Origin: an uncultured Methylomirabilota bacterium
GTDB lineage: Bacteria; Methylomirabilota; Methylomirabilia; Methylomirabilales; 2-02-FULL-66-22
Reading direction: 5' to 3'
DNA length: 64,000 nucleotides
NCBI GenBank assembly: GCA_963705305.1
Contig: OY970067.1
Location: forward strand, 5,088,001-5,152,000
The position numbers and the translations under genes were made by a program. Shown here in pieces: positions 12,981-22,535 of this stretch. Each line of letters starts with the position of its first letter. The first letter of the stretch is position 1. The notes beneath the pieces were generated by a model that ran no database searches, was not told the origin of the DNA, and saw nothing but the letters and a program-made list of their open reading frames with translations.

Positions 12981-14186
12981 TCAGCGGACCTGCCGCTGGA
13001 GCCCGCCCGTCCGGCGTGGGTCGTACGGGGTCCCGCTCCGCCACACGCCCCAGACGACCCGGAGCACTTTCGCCGCCAGTTCGACGATCGCCTTGAAGCC
13101 AGCGAAGCGGTCCCCCTGGCGCTTCGCTTTCAAGGCGGCGAGCCGGGCCCGCCCCGCGGCGGTCCGCGCCAGTCCCAGCGCCGCGTGGTACAGCGCCCAA
13201 CGCAGAAGGCTGCGCCCGCACTTGGAGATTCGCGCCTGCCCCGCGAACTGCCCGGATTGCACCCGCACGATGTCCAGCCCCGCGAGCTTCCGGAGCTGGG
13301 AGAACTTCGTGAACCAGGCGATGTCCCCGATCTCGGCCAGGAGGATCGCGGCCACGGTCGGCCCGACCCCCGGGATCGTCCGGAGGAGCGCGTAGGCCGG
13401 GAGCCGCTCGGCGAGGGGCGTCAGGGCCTGCTCGACCGCGGCGGTGCGGGCCTGAACAGCATCGACCTGGGCCCCGAGGTCCGCACAGGCCGTGGCGAGC
13501 CCGACCGGCAGCCGTCCCTTCGCCACCGCTGGGCGCCCGGGGGCCGCCGGCTCCCAGGCCTGGAGCACCGCCGGCAGCTCCGCCCGCAGGCGGTTGGGCA
13601 GGGGCTCCCCCATCGGCCCGAGGGCCGGGCGGAGGGTCGTGCGCCAGCGCGCCTTGCAGGCCGCCAGCTCGCTCCGGGCCCGGCGGAGGCACTTGACCAA
13701 GTGCCGCAACTCGACGCGGGGGCCATCGGGCCGGCTGTAGAACAGCACCTTCCCCTGTTCGAGGAGGTCGGCGCAGTTGGCGGCGTCCTTCCGGTCGCCC
13801 TTGTCCCAGGTCCCGTCCTGGGTCCGGCGGTTCCAGTAGGCCACGCTGCTGGAGAACAGGACAACGTCGGCGCCCTGCGTCTCCAGGAACACCGCGAGGG
13901 CCTGGTGGTAGGTCCCCGTGGGCTCGAGGCCACAGACCACCTCGCGGCACCCGGTGCTCCGCTGGGCCTGCTGGATCCGCGCCCAGAGCTGGGCGAAGCC
14001 CCGGGTGGTGTTCGGGATCGTGAGGGTGGGCACGACCACCCGGGTGTGGGCCTGCCGGAGGTGCACCACGTGTTCGACTTGGGCAACGTCGATCCCGACC
14101 AGGAGGCGCTGGCGGTTGATGCGTAAGGTGGCCTTCAGCTCCCGGAACCGCTTGACACGCGTGGCATTGTCTCGCATCGTAGCCAT
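12981..14186 (-). CDS. IS110 family DEDD recombinase/transposase (401 aa)
   Basis: VGIDVA, GLEPTG and KGDRKDA (DEDD RuvC-like); IPGVG and AGL...QSG in the C-terminal domain; GGAGG RBS. Confidence 0.95.
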   Translation of the reverse strand: MATMRDNATRVKRFRELKATLRINRQRLLVGIDVAQVEHVVHLRQAHTRVVVPTLTIPNTTRGFAQLWARIQQAQRSTGCREVVCGLEPTGTYHQALAVFLETQGADVVLFSSSVAYWNRRTQDGTWDKGDRKDAANCADLLEQGKVLFYSRPDGPRVELRHLVKCLRRARSELAACKARWRTTLRPALGPMGEPLPNRLRAELPAVLQAWEPAAPGRPAVAKGRLPVGLATACADLGAQVDAVQARTAAVEQALTPLAERLPAYALLRTIPGVGPTVAAILLAEIGDIAWFTKFSQLRKLAGLDIVRVQSGQFAGQARISKCGRSLLRWALYHAALGLARTAAGRARLAALKAKRQGDRFAGFKAIVELAAKVLRVVWGVWRSGTPYDPRRTGGLQRQVR

Positions 14187-14474
14187 GGGGTTCTTCCTCC
14201 TCTGTACGGGGTGAGTGGATGGCTCTCTGCACACCCCTACCAATAGCGAGGAAGAACCCCTTTTGGAACCTGCCATTTTCACCAGAAGGGGCCCAGACTG
14301 TGGGAGTCTAGTCGCTGGTACCTGGTTCATGCGGGTAATACTACGCTGCAAGTTTCGTCGTCTTGGAGCTGGGGACCCTGCCGGAATCCGGGCCTGGGAA
14401 AAAGGTCTCCCCGGCGGGGGCATATCAACCCAGGCCGAGAGAGTCTGAAGGGTCCCCGATTTCGAACACGCCCT

Positions 14475-14732
14475 CTACGCCTTCGGCTTCGCCCTCCCTG
14501 CCCGCCGCTTCGCCCAGTAGACCTTCATGCGCTGGCTCACGGCCTTCCGGGCCGCCGCGCTCATCGGCCTGCGTCCCTTGGCCCGCCTCTTTGCAGGAAC
14601 ACGCCTTGCTTGCCCAAGTTGATCTCCAGCCAGGATCTGCCGGATTCCGGCAATCTGGCGGTCCAGCCGGGCGCGCTCGCTCTCCAGTTCGGCCAGGGCT
14701 TTCCGAAGGGTGGTGTTGAGATTCGTCAGCAT
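14475..14732 (-). CDS. Small basic protein: N-terminal coiled coil and Arg/Lys-rich tail (putative nucleoid-associated protein)
   Basis: LAELESERARLDRQIAGIRQIL followed by RRPMSAAARKAVSQRMKVYWAKRR; GGAGGAG RBS. Confidence 0.7.
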   Translation of the reverse strand: MLTNLNTTLRKALAELESERARLDRQIAGIRQILAGDQLGQARRVPAKRRAKGRRPMSAAARKAVSQRMKVYWAKRRAGRAKPKA

Positions 14733-15387
14733 GAGCGTGTCTCCTCCCATAAGTAAGGGGGTGAGTGGAACGGCTAGCAACATATTGTGGCTTGCCGCCC
14801 GAGTTAATTGGAGTGCTCAAAGATTACTATAGCATAGCAGGAGTGATTACTAGGTTCCAGTGAATCTAGAAAGCCGTGGTTCCCACTGACCATAGAGAGC
14901 AAACTAGCACGTGCGTCGATCCACCCCCAGCCAACCGTGAATCTTGACTCTTCCCCAGGCAAGGAGTAGGCTCCTACCCGGTCGCCAACGACTACCACCT
15001 CCATGGGCGGCTCCACCACCTCTACCGATGCGCACCCCGGGCCATCCGGCCCTTGTACCACTTGGATGACCAATTCCGCATTGCACTGTTGCCGGATCGT
15101 GTGGGGGCGGCGGCAAATGGATCCTGGGACGTTGGGTTAGGGTGGACAATCCTCATCGGCCACCCGTATTCTTCGCCGATCGTCAGAGCCCGTCCACATC
15201 TACCTCTCGCGGAGGCGGCCACCTGCGCGGGGAAGATGCCCTTCCAGTGCGGCAGCACCGCCCCGGCCTACGAGCTTCTCGCCCAGGTGCTCGACCAGCT
15301 CGGCCGGCTGGAGTCGGTGCAACATAGAGGGTGAATCCGGCGTACGGAATGCTCGTCTTAGGGACAGGCGCAAAGCGGAAGAAAAAA

Positions 15388-16173
15388 ATGCACGATGTGC
15401 CAACTGAAGAAGAGTCGGTGTCCTCCCAGCAACGGCGGACAACCCGTACCGAGATACTCCTCGTACTGGGGGTATCTCTCGGATACAGTACTGTCTACTC
15501 GGTAATCGACCTCATTGGAAAGTTGACCTCACACCTGGCGCTCTCGGCGCAGATGACGACACTCAATCCATCGCGAGCAACCGGTCGCCCATTGCTCGAT
15601 CTGTCGTTTCAACTCGCAAGAATTCTGTTTGGCTTCGTTCCAGCCTTGCTCGCTCTTCATTTCCTGGAACGCAGTGGTCGGCACGACCACATGGGGTTCC
15701 GAACGCCCCGTCGCAGCTTCGACATCGGGTCGGGCACTGCGCTCGCGGCATTGATTGGGATCCCCGGGCTGGCCTTCTACGTTGCCATGCGCGCAATCGG
15801 CTTGAACACAACGGTGATCCCGGAGGCATTGCCTTGGGTCTGGTGGACCGTTCCTGTTCTCGTGCTGTCTGCCGTTCAGAATGCCTTTCTGGAAGAGGTG
15901 GTCGTCGTTGGATACCTGATTCCCCGTCTTCGCGAGATGCCCTGGGGGGTAGGGGCGGCGGTGGCAGCGAGCGCGCTGCTTCGCGGCTCCTACCATCTCT
16001 ATCAAGGTTTCGGCGGCTTTATTGGGAATGTCGTCATGGGAATTGTCTTCGCCCTATTCTTCCTTCGTTACAAGCGGGTGAATCCCTTGATTATCGCTCA
16101 TGCCATCCTTGATACCGTGGCATTCGTCGGATACGCCCTCCTCCACAATCTTCTGAGCGCTCATATCCTGTAA
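15388..16173 (+). CDS. CPBP (Abi/CAAX) family intramembrane metalloprotease
   Basis: NAFLEEVVVVGY, LRGSYHLYQG and LIIAHAILD motifs; start uncertain. Confidence 0.88.
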   Translation: MHDVPTEEESVSSQQRRTTRTEILLVLGVSLGYSTVYSVIDLIGKLTSHLALSAQMTTLNPSRATGRPLLDLSFQLARILFGFVPALLALHFLERSGRHDHMGFRTPRRSFDIGSGTALAALIGIPGLAFYVAMRAIGLNTTVIPEALPWVWWTVPVLVLSAVQNAFLEEVVVVGYLIPRLREMPWGVGAAVAASALLRGSYHLYQGFGGFIGNVVMGIVFALFFLRYKRVNPLIIAHAILDTVAFVGYALLHNLLSAHIL

Positions 16174-16298
16174 TTGGAGTCGCTGCAATTTTCGTCGTCT
16201 TGGAGTTGGGGGGCCGGCCAGAATCTAGATCTGGCAGAATAGCCTCTCCAGCAGGGGCGCGTTAGCACAAGCTGACTATACTTGCAACGTCCCCCATT
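16171..16298 (+). repeat. 128-bp element (family 2) copy B
   Basis: TAATTGGAGTCGCTGCAA ... TTGCAACGTCCCCCATT; nearly identical to copy C. Confidence 0.9.
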
Positions 16299-16392
16299 TG
16301 ACTTTCAAGCATCACGCACGAAGGACTTCCTTTTCTCTGCCGCCACACTCACATTTCATGGCATATTGAGGAGTACCACCAGCCCTCTCCCA

Positions 16393-17685
16393 TTAAGGAC
16401 CAACATACCCCCCCAGCAGTCGCGGCAGGGCCAGGGAAAACCAGGGCACGTAGGCAAGCAGCAAGATCGTCCCGAACATTATGGCGATGAAGGGCCACAT
16501 CGGACTGAACAGGCTCCGCATTTCGACCCGGGCAATGGATGTCACGACGAAACAGGCGCTTCCAAGCGGCGGCGTTACGAGCGAGATGCCAGTGACAGCC
16601 AGCGCGAAGATCGCAAAATGGATCGGCGACATACCAACCCGACCCGCCATCGACATGAACAGCGGGACCAGTATTACTAGGGCCGGTATGCCATCCAACA
16701 GCGCCCCCATTAGCCAGAACAAGAGCATCAGCAGCGTGATGAACATTAAGTGGTGGTCAATGATGGATCCTGCAAAATCCGCTATGGCAAGCGACACCTG
16801 CGTGTATGCCATAAAATAAGCAATAGCTGAAGCTGCCCCAATGAGCCCGACGACAACGCCGGTCAGGCGAGCCGTGGAGACCAGCATCCTTCTTGCTACG
16901 TCCCAGGTAATTTCCTTATACACGACTACCCCGAGCAGTCCTGCATACACCACGGAGACTGCCGCTGCTTCTGTGGCTGTAAACACTCCGGAGAGGATGC
17001 CCCCGATGATAATCAGGGGGGCCAGGAGCGCAGGGATGGCCTGAATGGAAGCCTTTGCCACTTCCCTGAGCGAGAACTTGATGTCTTCGTTGCTGCGCTC
17101 CCGACCTGTTCTCGCCTTGTACCATATGACAATCGCTTTGCCGATGCCGATCAGAAGAGCCGGGAGGAGAGAGGCGAGGAATAGTTGCTTAATCGACAGG
17201 CCTGCAATGGTCCCTAAGACGATCATCGTTATCGATGGCGGGATCAGCACGCCGGTCCCGGCAGACGCGGCAACGATGCTCGACGCCCACTCCTTTCGAT
17301 AGCCTGCTTTCACCATGAGCGGGATCATGACTGACCCGATGGCCGCGGCATCGGCATTGACGGAGCCGGAGATGCCGGAGAACAGCATCGTGCCGAGCAC
17401 CACGGATATGCCCAGACCCCCAGACAGCCATCCTACGAGCACGATGACGAAGTTGGCAAGTCGGCTGGTAATGCCGCCCTTGTCCATGATCTCGCCGGCA
17501 AGCACGAAGAGGGGAATTGCGAGGAAGGTAAACGCGCTTATCCCGTGGAAGCACGTCAGCGCAAGGAGATTACCCGCCTGACCATTGAGGATCAGCGCCA
17601 CCCAAGTGCTCACGCCCATCGCTGCAAGGATCGGCGCCCCAAGCAGCAACAGAGCTGCAAAGATCAACAGCAGGATCAGCACCAT
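16393..17685 (-). CDS. dctM: TRAP transporter large permease
   Basis: LAIPLFVLAGEIM, GISGS, LIPPSI, FTATEAAA, TPPLG. Confidence 0.93.
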   Translation of the reverse strand: MVLILLLIFAALLLLGAPILAAMGVSTWVALILNGQAGNLLALTCFHGISAFTFLAIPLFVLAGEIMDKGGITSRLANFVIVLVGWLSGGLGISVVLGTMLFSGISGSVNADAAAIGSVMIPLMVKAGYRKEWASSIVAASAGTGVLIPPSITMIVLGTIAGLSIKQLFLASLLPALLIGIGKAIVIWYKARTGRERSNEDIKFSLREVAKASIQAIPALLAPLIIIGGILSGVFTATEAAAVSVVYAGLLGVVVYKEITWDVARRMLVSTARLTGVVVGLIGAASAIAYFMAYTQVSLAIADFAGSIIDHHLMFITLLMLLFWLMGALLDGIPALVILVPLFMSMAGRVGMSPIHFAIFALAVTGISLVTPPLGSACFVVTSIARVEMRSLFSPMWPFIAIMFGTILLLAYVPWFSLALPRLLGGYVGP

Positions 17686-18182
17686 TGCTGGTCGCCCTCC
17701 TCTTGGCGACGTGCCATCGGCGTGGCCAAGGAGAGGTGCCATATGCCAAGTAAGCCCCCAACAGGCAGCCCGCTCAGGACGACCCAAATGGGCACGCCTA
17801 ATGCCGGTGAGTGTTCCACAGAATGGATCATTGCCAAATCGAGGCCGCCAAGACCCAACGCGAGGAATAAGCCGGCCATCGCGGCCCAACGGAGCCAGGC
17901 AACCATCTGCTCCCCAAGTCCCTTGAGTCTCGGCAGAACGTCCATGGTCACGTGGGCCCGCTCCCGCTGGGCAATGGCCATCCCAACGAAGGTGAGCCAC
18001 ACGAGGATATACGTGCACGCCTCTCCAGACCAAGAGAGCGGCCGGTCCAGAAAGAACCGAAACACGATTTGAAGCATTACGAGGCAGGTGACGACCGTGA
18101 GGAAAGCGATGGCGAGAGCGTTCTCAAGCTTGGTGACCTGACGATCGATCCATGCGGTGATCCGCCGATTCGATTCTCTCAT
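17676..18182 (-). CDS. dctQ: TRAP transporter small permease
   Basis: Four TM helices, LQIVFRF..PLSWSGE and HV motifs; lies between dctP and dctM. Confidence 0.88.
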   Translation of the reverse strand: MRESNRRITAWIDRQVTKLENALAIAFLTVVTCLVMLQIVFRFFLDRPLSWSGEACTYILVWLTFVGMAIAQRERAHVTMDVLPRLKGLGEQMVAWLRWAAMAGLFLALGLGGLDLAMIHSVEHSPALGVPIWVVLSGLPVGGLLGIWHLSLATPMARRQEEGDQQWC

Positions 18183-18273
18183 ATGCCAGCTTAGCGCGCT
18201 CAAGCAATCCTCCTTCCGCGAAAGGATTCCTCCTGGGGCAGGGGCCATTGCCCCTGCACCAGGGAACCTGGAT

Positions 18274-19314
18274 CTACTGGCTGTTCTTCAGAATCGTATA
18301 CAACTCGCCCAACGCCGGGCCGTACTTGTCCCACACCGGTCGCGTCGCCTTCTGGAACGCTGCGGCGTCCGTGTCGTTGATTTTCACGCCGGCGCGAACA
18401 GCGAGGGCAAAATTCTTAGCGTCGCCTTCCACCCAGGCCTTCCTCTCGTATGGAATGGTCTCCTTCCCCGCCTGCAGGATCGCCCTCTGTGCCTCGGGCG
18501 GCTGCGCATTGAACCACTTCACACTGACGAGGAAGGGGTCGACGCTGAAGAAATGATTTGTCTTCGAGAAGAAGGGCGCCACCTCGTTGTGCTTAGTCGT
18601 CAAGTAGTAGGTTATGGAATTCTCGGCCCCATCCACCACCCCTTGCTGAATCGCGTTATAGGTCTCCGCTGCTTCCAGGGGCGTGGCCTGGGCACCCATG
18701 GCGTTCAGCGTGTCAATCATGACCGCGTCCGGGATCGACCGGAGCCGCAGGTTCATCCGCTTGATGTCGTCGGGGGTGTGGATCGGGCCCTTGCGATTGT
18801 AGATGCTTCGCGATCCGGAGTAGAGGTAGCCGAGGACCTTAAATCCGTACTTCTCGCAGATGTCGGCGTAGGCCTTTCCGAGCGTGCCATCCTGTGCCGC
18901 AAAGAGCTTTTCGGTGCTGGTGAATTCAAAAGGCAGCCCCCAGAGTGCCAGACGCTTGTCGAAGCTGCTCAGGAACGAGGCTCCGGTTTCGGTCATTTCC
19001 AGCGATCCGGCTCGCACCTGCTCGTTCAGCTGCGTGTGCCCACCGAGGACACCGTTCATGAACGTCTTTACCTGGTACTCGCCGTTGGTGAGTTCGGAGA
19101 GCCGCTTGGCAAAGAATTGGTAGCCGAGGTACTCGGGGTTGTTTTCCGTAACTACATCCCCGATCCGAACGATCTTCACTTCCTTGGTTGCCGCTTGGGC
19201 CGTCGATTGCGGTCCGAAGACAAAACCGGGCATGAGGACCGCCACCAACGTCAGAACGGCCAGCGTGAGAACCAGTCTCCGTCGATCACCGCTCCTCCCT
19301 GCTCGCATCGTCAT
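18274..19314 (-). CDS. dctP: TRAP transporter substrate-binding protein
   Basis: Signal peptide, LRLRS, MGAQATPL, YNAIQQGVVDGAEN. Confidence 0.92.
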   Translation of the reverse strand: MTMRAGRSGDRRRLVLTLAVLTLVAVLMPGFVFGPQSTAQAATKEVKIVRIGDVVTENNPEYLGYQFFAKRLSELTNGEYQVKTFMNGVLGGHTQLNEQVRAGSLEMTETGASFLSSFDKRLALWGLPFEFTSTEKLFAAQDGTLGKAYADICEKYGFKVLGYLYSGSRSIYNRKGPIHTPDDIKRMNLRLRSIPDAVMIDTLNAMGAQATPLEAAETYNAIQQGVVDGAENSITYYLTTKHNEVAPFFSKTNHFFSVDPFLVSVKWFNAQPPEAQRAILQAGKETIPYERKAWVEGDAKNFALAVRAGVKINDTDAAAFQKATRPVWDKYGPALGELYTILKNSQ

Positions 19315-19476
19315 CTCCTTTCTCCTGGCACCCTCAAGGTATCGGGATCGTCTCAGCTCCCGTGTTGCAGAGACATGGCGGTCACTCAGCGAACGCCGGG
19401 CGCGCCGAGACCCTTCCGTTCTGGGGAGTAGGCGCCCGGTGCGCCGCCGAAGTGAAACTGGGACATTGCGGATGGG

Positions 19477-20283
19477 CTAGGCATCGAGACGATAAAGCCG
19501 ACGCGGATTATCCCAAACGACCGTTCGGATCACATCCTCGCTCAGCCCCATTCTCCTCATTTCAAATACTGCCTTTGGCACGGCCAACGGATCAGATTCG
19601 AGGAGAGAACAATCGCTGTCAACCAGAATGTGCCTCGGATCGCCCCCCTTCACCGCCTCCGCAGCGTCCACCGGCCGCACCTTTCTCCACGGCTGCAGCG
19701 TGAGGGCAGCCATCGCCCCCAGATCCGTGATCATCGACACGACGGACGGCTGGCAATGATCGAAGATTACCTGATCAAATCGCACGCCGTGCTCCTTGAG
19801 TATCGGCACGTACCGTCCGATCCACGCTGCCTTATCGACCGGCGGCGTATGCAGCACAACGGGTTTCGAGAACTCCCGGGCCATGTCAAGTTGGGCGCGA
19901 AAGACTCTCTCCTGGACCTTCAGGTCCGGGCATGTCATGGAGGTGGGTTCGATGCCGATCTCGCCAATGCCCAGAATCTCCTTGTCATGCTCCTTCAGGT
20001 ACTCGTGCATCTTGGCAAGGCCAGCCTCGTAGTCCAGCGGCACCCCCACCATCGAAATCCCGAGGCATGCGTACGTCGTGATGCCAAAGTAGTACTGGGT
20101 CCGCCAGGCGTGATACGTTCGCACCCGGTCGCAGTGCTCGAAAATCACATGGGAACGGTAGTCTTTTTCGGCTTCCGGCACCGCGACCATCGAAATGACG
20201 GCCTCAACACCGGTAAGAGCCATGAGCTCCAGCGAGTGGTGGTTCAACGCGTCCACGTGCAGATGCGGGTCAATGAACCTCAT
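19477..20283 (-). CDS. TatD-like amidohydrolase superfamily protein
   Basis: IDPHLH, GIGEIG, VLHTP, FDH, DSD metal-binding pattern. Confidence 0.85.
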   Translation of the reverse strand: MRFIDPHLHVDALNHHSLELMALTGVEAVISMVAVPEAEKDYRSHVIFEHCDRVRTYHAWRTQYYFGITTYACLGISMVGVPLDYEAGLAKMHEYLKEHDKEILGIGEIGIEPTSMTCPDLKVQERVFRAQLDMAREFSKPVVLHTPPVDKAAWIGRYVPILKEHGVRFDQVIFDHCQPSVVSMITDLGAMAALTLQPWRKVRPVDAAEAVKGGDPRHILVDSDCSLLESDPLAVPKAVFEMRRMGLSEDVIRTVVWDNPRRLYRLDA

Positions 20284-20331
20284 CGTTTGGTCCTCCGCCC
20301 CAAAGCTCGACAATCGTTGTTACCCCGTGCC

Positions 20332-21510
20332 TCATAGCGCAGCCTCGTAGATTCGGCGAAGGTCGTCCCGCGTCGCATCGCGGGGGTTGTTCTCCAGACC
20401 GTAGCCCTGAAACGCAAAGAGGAACTCGAGGGCCGGCGCGATGTCGCTCGCCTGGAATCCGATCTCCGTCAGTCGCTCCGGCATCCCCAGATCGCGGCAG
20501 AGACCTCGCACGGCCGCGCTCGCTCTCCTGGCAGCCTCCATCGGCGCCAATCCTTCGATCCGCTCGCCCAGGAGTTGGGCGATGCGCCCGTACCGTTCCG
20601 GGCAGGCAACCAGATTGAACTCGATCACGTGGGGAAGAAGCAGGGCCAGCGCGGTCCCGTGGGATACATGAGCCTTCGCAGTCAGCGGATAGTTCATCGC
20701 GTGAATCAGCCCCGCGGATGAGCTCGTGTGCGCGGCCATGGCCAATGCCGCAGCCAACAGCATGTTGTATCGCGACTCGATGTGCTTTCTCCCCTTCGCA
20801 TAGGCGGTCCGGAGATTCCGGCCGACCAACTCAATCGCCTTCTCCGCATACATATCCGAGATCACGGTGGACTTCCATGCCCCATAGGCCTCAATAGCAT
20901 GGGTCAGGGCATCAATCCCGGTCTCCGCGGTCTGCCGCGGCGGCAGCTCCATGGTCAGGACTGGATCCAGCAGGACAAGATCGCAGCACATGAACCGGCT
21001 GAAGATCGGCTTCTTGAGGGCGTCACGGGCGTCCGTGATGATCGCGGACGTTGACCATTCGCTCCCCGTTCCCGCCGTGGTCGGGATCGCAACCTTGAAG
21101 AGCGCCGGTGTCTTGATTCGGTCTCTTCCTATCAGCTCATAAATGTCTCCCTCGTTCGTCACCAGCGCACTCGCCGCCTTGGCAATGTCGATGGAGCTCC
21201 CGCCGCCCACCGCGATCAACACATCCGCCGCTTCCTTGCGTGCGACCTCTGCACACTCTTCGACGACCTCTGTGGGACCGTTGGGAAGGGATCCGCCAAA
21301 GACTCCGAACGGAAGTGCGCATGCCTGGAGGGACTTCTCAACGTCTTCGAGCAGCCCGTGCTCGCGTACGGCCTTATCCGTCACGATGAGGGCGCGACAA
21401 AAGCCGCGCTCATGGAGCATCGGCCCGATTTGCTTGCGAACATCAACCCCGATCCACGTCTCGGGGACAAAGGCCAGAAAGATCCGACCGAGCTCCTCCA
21501 TACGCTTCAT
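20332..21510 (-). CDS. Iron-containing alcohol dehydrogenase
   Basis: GGGSSID, IPTTAGTGSE, DALTHAIE, HAM...SHG. Confidence 0.92.
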   Translation of the reverse strand: MKRMEELGRIFLAFVPETWIGVDVRKQIGPMLHERGFCRALIVTDKAVREHGLLEDVEKSLQACALPFGVFGGSLPNGPTEVVEECAEVARKEAADVLIAVGGGSSIDIAKAASALVTNEGDIYELIGRDRIKTPALFKVAIPTTAGTGSEWSTSAIITDARDALKKPIFSRFMCCDLVLLDPVLTMELPPRQTAETGIDALTHAIEAYGAWKSTVISDMYAEKAIELVGRNLRTAYAKGRKHIESRYNMLLAAALAMAAHTSSSAGLIHAMNYPLTAKAHVSHGTALALLLPHVIEFNLVACPERYGRIAQLLGERIEGLAPMEAARRASAAVRGLCRDLGMPERLTEIGFQASDIAPALEFLFAFQGYGLENNPRDATRDDLRRIYEAAL

Positions 21511-21811
21511 TCCTCCTTCCTGGCGAGGCGCCCGTCCCGAGACTCTGGGTGGCCTCACACCGAGCTTCGTCCCGGCACGGACACATCGTGCCGGGGCCGC
21601 CGGGCACCGTCATCGGGCCCCATTACACACCGCGGCGCGTCGGAGTCTCCTTGCCCGGCACCGGCGACGCGTCCAGCCGCCGACCGGACCCCCACCCGGC
21701 TGAGTGCCCGACGCCCCTGCCGTTTGGGCCGCTGGCCGTCTTTTCGACATGGCCGGGGGCGCGCCTTCCCGGTCCAGCCTCCTCCTCTCGAAGAGCGTGC
21801 CTCACTGATTG

Positions 21812-22516
21812 TCAGCGAGCGGGATCATGTGCCGAAACGGACTCCAGATGCCTCTGAAGCGCGGCCTCTTGCGTCCGATATGCGTTCTCCAGATGGTCAA
21901 GCAACACTGATTTGGCCTCTGTATATTGGCGAGCGCCGACCAGTGCGAGGATTTGGTGATGGGTTCCAGTAGGTCGCTCATATCCCTGCGGCACATTGAG
22001 CTTGATGTGCAGGTATTGGTATCTCGCCAGGCTGAAGTAGAGCGTCTGATAATAATGGCTCAGACGCGCATTCCTCGCCTCCATGACCAGGCGGGCATGG
22101 AAGTCGGTGATCTTCTCCCGGAAGACGAGAAACTCCTCTTGATCGCTATCGCTTGGTATTCTCAAGGTTTCCGCTTCTTGCAGGGCTTTTACGGCACTCG
22201 GAAGTTCTGTAACTCCTTTCTCCTCGAGAAGATCCAGAGCGGTGAGCTCTATCATCCTTCGAACCTGGTACACCTCGGTTAAGTCTTCTCGCGAAAGAGA
22301 GGTGACGAAGGTCCCTTTTCTGGGAAGATTTATAACAAGACGCTCTTCCTCCAGAATCCGGAATGCTTCCCTAAGGGGCCCTCTGCTTAGCTCGAGCTTT
22401 GCCGCAAACTCATTTTCGTGGATCTTTCGGCCACCAGGCAGTTCGCCACTGATTATCTGCCCCCGGATGTATCCCAAGAGCCTGCTGGGAAGATTATGTA
22501 CCTCCAGGAAATCCAC
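21812..22516 (-). CDS. GntR family regulator (FCD domain)
   Basis: wHTH SRGPLREA...PRKGTFV; FHARL. Confidence 0.9.
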   Translation of the reverse strand: MDFLEVHNLPSRLLGYIRGQIISGELPGGRKIHENEFAAKLELSRGPLREAFRILEEERLVINLPRKGTFVTSLSREDLTEVYQVRRMIELTALDLLEEKGVTELPSAVKALQEAETLRIPSDSDQEEFLVFREKITDFHARLVMEARNARLSHYYQTLYFSLARYQYLHIKLNVPQGYERPTGTHHQILALVGARQYTEAKSVLLDHLENAYRTQEAALQRHLESVSAHDPAR

Positions 22517-22535
22517 GATACAACCTCTCTCATTT

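Larger units (their letters stand above)
12681..14344 (-). mobile_element. IS110-family insertion sequence, 1664 bp, GT core, no terminal IRs
   Basis: Removing it restores the 128-bp element; AC (GT on minus strand) occurs at both junctions (12679-12680, 14343-14344); joined ends form TTGACA-17-TAGTAT. Confidence 0.88.
12670..14461 (+). repeat. 128-bp element (family 2) copy A, split by the IS110 insertion
   Basis: 12670-12680 (TAATAGGGGAC) joined to 14345-14461 gives exactly 128 bp that aligns with copies B and C. Confidence 0.85.

Noticed and set aside
14187..14342. Bridge RNA in the left end, as in IS621
   Set aside because: No segments matching target or donor were found here; all four matches are in the right end
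14187..14423. 480-aa extended IS110 ORF starting at 14423
   Set aside because: It crosses the inferred IS end; ATG 14186 has a good RBS
14810..15340. Small ORFs between the basic protein and CPBP genes
   Set aside because: No recognisable family; cannot be supported
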